A stretch of 37,662 bases of DNA from Patescibacteria group bacterium. GTDB taxonomy: Archaea > Nanobdellota > Nanobdellia > Pacearchaeales > GW2011-AR1. The stretch lies in NCBI GenBank assembly GCA_051269935.1, contig JBNMFJ010000002.1:1-37662 (forward strand), read 5' to 3'. Within the stretch, counting starts at the first letter, position 1. Each line of letters opens with the position of its first letter. Shown here in pieces: positions 32,239-37,662 of the stretch. A program made the translations under genes and the position numbers. The notes under the pieces are model-generated. The model did not search any database and was not told where the DNA came from. It saw only the letters and a program-made list of their open reading frames with translations.

Positions 32239-33582
32239 TTATGGTCCAGTTTTTGGAAACATCAAAGGTGATTTGAATTTTTCTTTTTTAGCTACTTCTA
32301 TTACTTGTTGTACTTCCTCTATTCCTATAGGTTTTACCTCTTGGGAATTAATTCTCTCTTCTAATTCAATTCTTTTTGCTCGTTCTTGCGCTGCTATAGA
32401 TATACTTTGATTCATCCTTCTTTTGTTGATTCCTCTTCGGTAAAACTCTTCTGCTACAATAATTCCTCCGATTCCTCCAACTATTTGTGCTGTGGTTTCA
32501 ACGTAATTATCGCTTTTTCTATTTTTGATTATTCCAAACCCTTCATCTATTTCTTCTTGTCTTGTTTTAATGTCAATATTGTCTCGATTTTCAACATCTT
32601 TGATTATTCCTTCTAGATTTGTTGTTAATGAATCAAGCTGTGCTTCTATTTGTGTAGCTTTTACTTTGTATGTTTCAAGGTCTAATTTTCTAATTTCTTT
32701 CTTTTCCGTAATTCCTGCTCTGTGATTATCTTGGAGTTCCTTTAATACTTCGATATCTTGCCTTGCTAAATCATAGACTATTTCTTGTTGTCTTGTTAAA
32801 GAATCCATATTTCTAATAATGTCTAGACTTGTCCCTTTTAGGGTATAGTTTTCAATGATTTCTTGTCTTGTTCCTGGTTTTGCGCTTAACAAATCTCTAT
32901 ATATTTGTCGTTCTTCAGGCTGGAGTTTTGGATCTTTTATGTAATCAGAAAGTTTATCTTGCACAGCTTCTTGAGACCTTAAGTTGTCTGTATTTATTGT
33001 ATATAATTTACATAGATCGCTTAATCTATCATACGTTGTCTCTTCATTCTCTTGTATTTCAGCCATGGTTTTTTTATTTCCTATGGCTCTATTTAGATAT
33101 TGATCAATTTTTGACAAAAAGCTAATTCCCTTCTTTTGTTGTTTTCCATATGTCGTATTAATTTTATCACTTATACTCTTATTAGCAAGCTGAGCACGGT
33201 CATAAGCTATATGGAATCGTTCTCCCAGGGTATAGTGGTCGACAAACTCCTGAGTATTTTCTATTAGTTTTTCTATTTGATCTGTTTCTTGTGGTTGAAT
33301 TGTTTGATATTCTGGACTGTCTTGTAAAGTTGATTCTAAGTTGGTTACGCTGTTTTCGAAATCCCTTACATTGCCTCCCAGTGCTTCGATCGCTGTTAGA
33401 TATCCTGCTTTTAGGTCTTTTTCTCTTGCTTGCATTACACCAAGTACGTATTCTCCAGCCTTTTGAACCCCAGTGTACCCAATTGCCCCAGTTACTACTC
33501 CTGCTAAACTTGCCGTTAAAAATCCTCGTCTAGAAGCTCCCTTTTTAACTTCATTTTGTATCTCTTTTTTGTAGTTTGTCAT
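32239..33582 (-). CDS. Coiled-coil protein with N-terminal twin-arginine-like motif and hydrophobic anchor, unknown function
   Basis: 447 aa. SRRGFLTASLAGVVTGAIGYTGV lies at residues about 16-38, followed by long heptad-like polar stretches and a short hydrophobic IVGGIGGIIVA near the C-terminus. Confidence 0.65.
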   Translation of the reverse strand: MTNYKKEIQNEVKKGASRRGFLTASLAGVVTGAIGYTGVQKAGEYVLGVMQAREKDLKAGYLTAIEALGGNVRDFENSVTNLESTLQDSPEYQTIQPQETDQIEKLIENTQEFVDHYTLGERFHIAYDRAQLANKSISDKINTTYGKQQKKGISFLSKIDQYLNRAIGNKKTMAEIQENEETTYDRLSDLCKLYTINTDNLRSQEAVQDKLSDYIKDPKLQPEERQIYRDLLSAKPGTRQEIIENYTLKGTSLDIIRNMDSLTRQQEIVYDLARQDIEVLKELQDNHRAGITEKKEIRKLDLETYKVKATQIEAQLDSLTTNLEGIIKDVENRDNIDIKTRQEEIDEGFGIIKNRKSDNYVETTAQIVGGIGGIIVAEEFYRRGINKRRMNQSISIAAQERAKRIELEERINSQEVKPIGIEEVQQVIEVAKKEKFKSPLMFPKTGP

Positions 33583-33603
33583 ACTTTCCGTAAGGAATTA
33601 AGC

Positions 33604-33611
33604 TTTATAAA
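33604..33611 (-). promoter_or_regulatory. TATA box (palindromic TTTATAAA) for the 447-aa gene
   Basis: The box is centred 25-26 nt upstream of ATG 33582. Confidence 0.5.
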
Positions 33612-33669
33612 CCTTCTTATTAATTGTCATTACTAAGTGGTCCTTAATTGAGCATCCTCTGTGGGAAGC

Positions 33670-33677
33670 TTTAAAAC
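33670..33677 (+). promoter_or_regulatory. TATA box (TTTAAAAC) for leaderless infB
   Basis: The box is centred 25-26 nt upstream of ATG 33699. Confidence 0.55.
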
Positions 33678-33698
33678 TTGTTTTTACACTTTTTAGTT

Positions 33699-35441
33699 AT
33701 GGAAACTCAAGAAATTAGGCAGCCGATCATTACGGTGTGTGGTCATGTTGACCATGGTAAGACTTCTATGTTAGATAAGATTAGGGGGACCTCTATTCAG
33801 GAGGGTGAGGCTGGTGGTATTACTCAGAAGATTAGTTTTACGAAGATGCAGAAGGAGACTGTTCTAGAGAGGGCTGGTGAGGTGTTAGAGAAGTTTAAGA
33901 TTCCTTTAGAGATTCCGGGATTTTTGTTTATTGATACTCCGGGGCATGCGGCCTTTACGAACTTGCGAAAGCGTGGTGGGAGTTTGGCGGATATTGCAAT
34001 TGTTATGATTGATATTAATGATGGGATTAAGCCACAGACTGCTGAGGTTTTACAGCTTTTGAAGGCAAATAATACTCCGTTTATTATTGCATTGAATAAG
34101 ATTGATAATATTAGTGGGTGGAAGACTTCGGAGTCTTTGCATAGTTTTGAATCTGTTGAGGCGCAGGCTATTAATGTGAAGACTGTGTTTGAAGAGCGGT
34201 ATTATACTATTGTTGGAGCTTTGCAGAGTTATGGGATTGATCCTGAGTTATATTATAAGATTAGTGATTTTACTAAGAATATTGCCGTTGTGCCGACTTC
34301 GGCTCAGACTGGTGAGGGTGTGAGTGAGTTACTTGCTATGCTTGCTGCTTTGTCACAGAAGTTTTTGACTGAGCAGATGAAGGTTGGTGAGTCTGGGAAG
34401 GGTGTTGTTTTGGAGGTTAAAAAAGATAAATCTATGAATTATTTGGAATGTATTTTGTATGATGGTCACTTACAGGCGAATGATGAGATTGTTATTGCTG
34501 GGTTTGATAATGCGGTTATTACTAAGGTTAGGACTATTGAGGAGGCTAAACCGTTAAATCGGGGATATGCTAATGTGGACCGTGTTGTTGCAGCGTCTGG
34601 TTTGCGGTTGCAGATAACTTCTAAGGATGAAATCTTGTCTGGTATGCCGTTTAGTGTTGTTACAAAAAAACATTCAGCTGAGGAGTTGATTGAGCAATTT
34701 ACTCATGAGTTAGATGAAGAGATTGTTATGGACGAAGAGGGGATTTATGTGAAGGCTGATAGTTTGGGAAGTTTGGAGGCTTTGTTGGTATTATTGAGGC
34801 AAAATGGTATACAGGTTTTGAAGTCAGGGATTGGGCCTATTACGAAAAAGGATATTTATAATGCGAGTGCTTTACCTGAAGAGGACAGGATCATTCTTGG
34901 GTTTAATGTTAATGTATCGGAGCCTGAAATTGCATTAGAGACAAAGACTTTGAAGATTTTAACTGATGAGGTTGTGTATAAATTGATTGAGAATTTTGAG
35001 GAGTGGAGAAGTGTTAAGCAGAAAGAGATTGAGAGAAAGAAATTGGCTGAACTGCCTACTATATGTAAGTTTACGATTTTAGATTTTGTGTTTCGAAAAT
35101 CGAATCCGGCGGTATTTGGTGTGAAGATCAATGGTGGTGTTTTGAAGAAGGATTTGAATTTTATTAATAGTGATGATATTAAGATTTCAACTGTTCGTGA
35201 AATTCAGTTAGATCGAAAGAATGTCCGTTTTGGTGAGTCTGGTCAGGAGTTGGCTATTAGTATGCCTGGGGTTAATTTTGAGCGGGATTTGAAGGTTGGT
35301 GAGAGCTTGTATACTAATTTGGGTGAGAGCCATTTTCGTAAGTTTAAGGAATATAAGGAATTGTTGACGAGTGAGGAGAAGAGTATTTTGCAAGAAATTG
35401 CTCAAATCAAACGTCGAAAAAATGATACTTGGGGAATTTAG
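33699..35441 (+). CDS. infB: Translation initiation factor aIF5B (archaeal IF-2 homologue)
   Basis: Has VCGHVDHGKTS (G1), DTPGH (G3) and NKID (G4), with a domain order typical of aIF5B. The ORF-track start at 33678 is a TTG; ATG 33699 (METQEIRQPI...) fits the TATA spacing. Confidence 0.95.
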   Translation: METQEIRQPIITVCGHVDHGKTSMLDKIRGTSIQEGEAGGITQKISFTKMQKETVLERAGEVLEKFKIPLEIPGFLFIDTPGHAAFTNLRKRGGSLADIAIVMIDINDGIKPQTAEVLQLLKANNTPFIIALNKIDNISGWKTSESLHSFESVEAQAINVKTVFEERYYTIVGALQSYGIDPELYYKISDFTKNIAVVPTSAQTGEGVSELLAMLAALSQKFLTEQMKVGESGKGVVLEVKKDKSMNYLECILYDGHLQANDEIVIAGFDNAVITKVRTIEEAKPLNRGYANVDRVVAASGLRLQITSKDEILSGMPFSVVTKKHSAEELIEQFTHELDEEIVMDEEGIYVKADSLGSLEALLVLLRQNGIQVLKSGIGPITKKDIYNASALPEEDRIILGFNVNVSEPEIALETKTLKILTDEVVYKLIENFEEWRSVKQKEIERKKLAELPTICKFTILDFVFRKSNPAVFGVKINGGVLKKDLNFINSDDIKISTVREIQLDRKNVRFGESGQELAISMPGVNFERDLKVGESLYTNLGESHFRKFKEYKELLTSEEKSILQEIAQIKRRKNDTWGI

Positions 35442-35446
35442 ACACT

Positions 35447-35476
35447 CAACTTTTTTCTTTTGAAAAGTAAAAGTTG
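35447..35476 (+). terminator. T-rich hairpin after infB
   Basis: CAACTTTT...AAAAGTTG forms an 8-bp stem enclosing T6 and CTTTTGAAAAG, 6 nt after the infB stop. Oligo-T tracts are the usual archaeal termination signal. Confidence 0.35.
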
Positions 35477-35516
35477 GCAAAAAAAAAGATATTTTTCAGG
35501 GAAAAATATGTATTGT

Positions 35517-35575
35517 TTTGTACTTGAGGAAGTGAATTCCTCGTACAAATATCCTTGGGCTGTGTTCTCCCAAGG
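35517..35575. ncRNA. Candidate small structured RNA (two adjacent GC-containing hairpins), strand uncertain
   Basis: Hairpin 1 (35517-35549) has 12 bp with a 2-nt bulge: TTTGTAC-tt-GAGGA / TCCTC-GTACAAA. Hairpin 2 (35553-35575) is CCTTGGG-9 nt-CCCAAGG. On the minus strand it would start about 26 nt downstream of the TATA element at 35601-35610 and be followed by T5 and T9 runs. Confidence 0.3.
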
Positions 35576-35600
35576 CGTTAGTATGTTCGATAATTAGTAT

Positions 35601-35610
35601 AATTATATAA
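35601..35610 (+). promoter_or_regulatory. TATA box (AATTATATAA) for the P-loop kinase gene; possibly bidirectional
   Basis: The box is centred 25-26 nt upstream of ATG 35631. Confidence 0.5.
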
Positions 35611-35630
35611 CTCATTCTATTTATTTAATT

Positions 35631-36143
35631 ATGGTGAAACCAAAGTTGGTTATTTTTCGTGGGAAGGTTGCTTGTGGGAAAACAACCGCATTGTATAGAT
35701 TGAAAAAAAATAAGAAATTTAAAGATTGGATAATTATTGATAATAGCCTCATCAAATCGCAATTTGAGAATTTAGGAGATGATAAGAGAAAGGAATTTGG
35801 AAAGATAGCATTATTTTCTATTTTGAAGTCAGTTATGCCTAAAGGATTGAATATTCTAATGGATGAAATGTCTGAGAAATTATTGCGAAAGTCTATCAAT
35901 CATTCGATAAAGAAATATAAGTATGATATTGTCACATTCGAGTTTACAGCATCAGTTGAGAGCTCTATTAAAAGAGAAGCAGATAGGAGAAAAATTAGGG
36001 GATTGAAGCCGAGGGGAGCAAAGTGGGTAGAGGATATGCATAAGTGGCATATAGAGAGGATAGATCCAAATGGAATTATTGTTGATTGTGATTTGTTAGA
36101 TGAAAGAGCAGTAGAGAAGTTTATTATAGAGGAATTGAAGTAG
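35631..36143 (+). CDS. Small P-loop NTPase/kinase (AAA_33 / zeta-toxin-like fold class)
   Basis: Walker A GKVACGKTT lies at residues 11-19. The size (170 aa) and layout are typical of small-molecule or polynucleotide kinases. The substrate is unknown. Confidence 0.7.
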   Translation: MVKPKLVIFRGKVACGKTTALYRLKKNKKFKDWIIIDNSLIKSQFENLGDDKRKEFGKIALFSILKSVMPKGLNILMDEMSEKLLRKSINHSIKKYKYDIVTFEFTASVESSIKREADRRKIRGLKPRGAKWVEDMHKWHIERIDPNGIIVDCDLLDERAVEKFIIEELK

Positions 36144-36190
36144 AGTTGTATTAGCTTTTTGGTTTGAGGGTTAAAATTTTCTTTGCATAG

Positions 36191-36535
36191 TTAGTTCCCG
36201 AAACCTTCTTTTCCAAATTCTTTTAGGATGCTCTTTATTTCGTTAATTATTTTTTGTTGATTGTTCTTGTCGGACATTCTTGTAAATAGTATTAATATGT
36301 CGATAAGTTCATTTTGTGAGTAGAGTTTAAGTTCGTTACCGTCGAGTATGAAATAAAATCTGAAGGATTTATATTTTAGTTCCTTTATTGTTAGGCCACC
36401 CACTTGCCCGATATGTTTCCCCTTATGGGGACTTTCCCTAAGGGTTTCTATTAATGAAATTACCTTGAGAGATTCCCCTTTGAATTTCTTTTCGATTTCT
36501 TTGATTAAGGATTTTAGAATTATTACTTTGACCAT
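36191..36535 (-). CDS. RelE/ParE-superfamily toxin (HigB/Gp49-like)
   Basis: 114 aa. The pattern ...IETLRESPHKGKHIGQVGGLTIKELKYKSFRFYFILDGNELKL...ILILFTRMSDKNNQQKIINEIK matches the RelE/Gp49 architecture. Its start overlaps the upstream small gene by 13 nt. Confidence 0.65.
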   Translation of the reverse strand: MVKVIILKSLIKEIEKKFKGESLKVISLIETLRESPHKGKHIGQVGGLTIKELKYKSFRFYFILDGNELKLYSQNELIDILILFTRMSDKNNQQKIINEIKSILKEFGKEGFGN

Positions 36536-36729
36536 TTTTCTTCTAGCTCTCTTTTAGCGTCTTCGAGTGTGATAGTGCCTTCAGATGACATAATTAATTC
36601 TCTAAATTGAGTCTTAACTGCCATGGAATATATTCTTTGCAATATATCGTCATAACTTTCTTCCTTTGTACCAAAAGAAGAAATTTTTTTCTTGGTCTCG
36701 TTTTGTAATTGAATTGTTGTAATTCCCAT
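36523..36729 (-). CDS. Ribbon-helix-helix-like antitoxin
   Basis: 68 aa. The N-terminal TTIQLQNETKKKISSFGTKEESYDDILQRI resembles CopG/RHH-type archaeal antitoxins. It lies immediately upstream of, and overlaps, the toxin gene. Confidence 0.6.
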   Translation of the reverse strand: MGITTIQLQNETKKKISSFGTKEESYDDILQRIYSMAVKTQFRELIMSSEGTITLEDAKRELEEKWSK

Positions 36730-36753
36730 CTATAGAATCTATAGAATCTATAG
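36730..36753 (-). promoter_or_regulatory. Putative operator: three CTATAG palindromes at 9-bp spacing between TATA box and ATG of the antitoxin gene
   Basis: CTATAGaatCTATAGaatCTATAG directly abuts ATG 36729. A TTTAAAT box at 36754-36760 lies just upstream. Confidence 0.5.
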
Positions 36754-36770
36754 TTTAAATCCCTTTGGGT

Positions 36771-36950
36771 TGAAGCAGTATCTCCGCTGTTTATACATAA
36801 ACATCGGAGCACTGGGATATTTTTTTGGAAAGAAAAAATATTTTTGCGTTTTCTACCGCACATGTCATACCAACTAGGCATAAACCAGAAAATGCCTATC
36901 TTTCATACTTAACTTAGAAGTAGCACAAACTCAGCGGAGATACTCTGAAG
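36771..36950. mobile_element. MITE-like element or structured RNA bounded by a 13-bp perfect inverted repeat
   Basis: AGTATCTCCGCTG (36777-36789) and CAGCGGAGATACT (36932-36944) are perfect reverse complements 142 nt apart. Each is flanked, after one mismatched C, by the direct repeat TGAAG (36771-36775 and 36946-36950). The interior is non-coding and has two further hairpins (36817-36841 and 36875-36898). Confidence 0.35.
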
Positions 36951-37027
36951 TGAAGTAGATAAGAATAATAGTTCTGGTTATCCATTCCAGTTATATTATT
37001 TTATCTGCATTACCTAATAAATTAAAG

Positions 37028-37069
37028 CTTACCCTGGACAATTTAATAATCTGATTTGTCCAGGGTAAG
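37028..37069. repeat. Perfect 14-bp hairpin (possible terminator of the downstream minus-strand gene)
   Basis: CTTACCCTGGACAA-14 nt-TTGTCCAGGGTAAG lies about 50 nt beyond the stop of the 37120-37551 gene. Long T-runs on the minus strand (37090-37107) sit between them. Confidence 0.4.
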
Positions 37070-37119
37070 ATCTTGTTTCCAAATAATCAGAAAAAAAATA
37101 AAAAAAATTGTTACCTTAT

Positions 37120-37551
37120 TTATTTACCGAAGGGTTTTCCCCATGCATAAAGTCCTAGTACAACTAGGTTTACTATTGGTATTAAAGTTAAGAGTGCAGT
37201 CCATCCGCCGAAGTCTAATTCTTCAGCTGCTTTCCATACTAGCCATACCAGGATAACGGTTGATGCGAGTCCACCAATAAATGGGATTGCTCCTAATAAT
37301 ATTGATGCTGTCCACCATCCGTTTTGTTTTCCTATTTGGGTTACTAGGTATATGTTAGCGATTGGAATAAAGCCAAGCCATCCCTTTGGTGTATTGGTTC
37401 TTTTTGCCATTGCCATTAGGGCAAATCCTGCATAGATCCATACCATTACTGCAAATGCTAGGATTGCTATAAATATGCCTCCTAGTGCTCCTATTGCTGC
37501 TAAATCTTGCGCTCCGTAGAGTGCTGCGTCTTGTAAAAATAATATATTCAT
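37120..37551 (-). CDS. Small polytopic membrane protein with internal repeat, DUF5684-like
   Basis: KGWLGFIPIANIYLVTQIGKQNGWW and GGWTALLTLIPIVNLVVLGLYAWGK repeat a GW..IPI.N motif reminiscent of DUF5684. An AGGAGGAG Shine-Dalgarno site (37560-37567) lies 8 nt upstream of the ATG. Confidence 0.7.
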   Translation of the reverse strand: MNILFLQDAALYGAQDLAAIGALGGIFIAILAFAVMVWIYAGFALMAMAKRTNTPKGWLGFIPIANIYLVTQIGKQNGWWTASILLGAIPFIGGLASTVILVWLVWKAAEELDFGGWTALLTLIPIVNLVVLGLYAWGKPFGK

Positions 37552-37662
37552 GTTTTATTCTCCTCCTTTCAGCTCTTTTTTCATAAAATTATTATGTGTT
37601 CGCTGTTTATATGCTTTTCTTGCTATATCTATTTAAGTGGATTATTGATATGCCTTAGATAT

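Noticed and set aside
32239-33582. Calling the 447-aa protein a bona fide Tat-exported redox enzyme.
   Set aside because: The SRRGFL motif is present, but no cofactor-binding motif or Tat machinery is visible in the window. The hydrophobic stretch may simply be a membrane anchor. I kept it only as a hypothesis inside the orphan-trio finding.
36730-36753. Whether the CTATAGAAT tandem repeat is a mini CRISPR array or satellite.
   Set aside because: There are only 2.7 copies of a 9-bp unit with no spacers. Its position between the TATA box and the ATG fits an operator far better. I saw no CRISPR-like repeat-spacer structure or cas genes anywhere in the window.
36594-36881. 95-aa ORF overlapping the antitoxin gene and running into the inverted-repeat element, together with the 66-aa ORF at 37056-37256 that starts inside the 14-bp hairpin.
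   Set aside because: Both overlap better-supported features and have implausible composition (Cys/Arg/Phe-rich). Neither has expression signals.

Overview
AT-rich (roughly one-third G+C by eye) archaeal chromosomal segment. It is most consistent with a small-genome DPANN-type archaeon: archaeal aIF5B, Dph2, short archaeal-type TIM, class I DhnA-type aldolase and TATA-box promoters. It also carries many bacterial-type genes (class I GAPDH, MutS1, Xth, MoxR/DUF58/VWA). I call one tRNA-Gly(GCC), about 45 CDS, and several promoters and hairpins. I saw no rRNA, CRISPR array, integrase or transposase.

Layout:
- 2.6-16.8 kb: a dense sugar-phosphate island in three transcription units. They are SDR(Azf-like)-gnd-gap-pgk, tkt-HAD phosphatase, and SIS / rpiB-rpe-tal-DUF3179-fba-tpiA, mostly joined by ATGA overlaps.
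- 16.8-21.2 kb: a MoxR-DUF58-VWA operon ending in a 505-aa Q/N/E-rich membrane protein.
- 21.2-29.2 kb: membrane and transport genes, then mutS, xth and an ABC exporter.
- 29.3-31.1 kb: a dph2 gene split into two ORFs, bridged by a 12-codon mini-ORF that is a degenerate duplicate of the second fragment's 5' end. An FNR-family flavoprotein gene follows.
- 31.2-33.6 kb: an orphan trio (Tat-motif coiled-coil protein, CBS pair, Gly/Ala-rich protein).
- 33.7-35.4 kb: infB (aIF5B).
- 35.4-37.6 kb: a small accessory-looking islet with a twin-hairpin sRNA candidate, a P-loop kinase, an RHH/RelE-like toxin-antitoxin pair with a CTATAG x3 operator, a MITE-like inverted-repeat element, further hairpins and a DUF5684-like membrane protein.

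A window-wide signal is that about 18 first-in-operon ATGs sit 25-28 nt downstream of a TTTAAA/TTTATAAA box, implying leaderless mRNAs. A few internal or other genes use GGAGG Shine-Dalgarno sites instead.

All family assignments rest on motifs read by eye. No database search was run.
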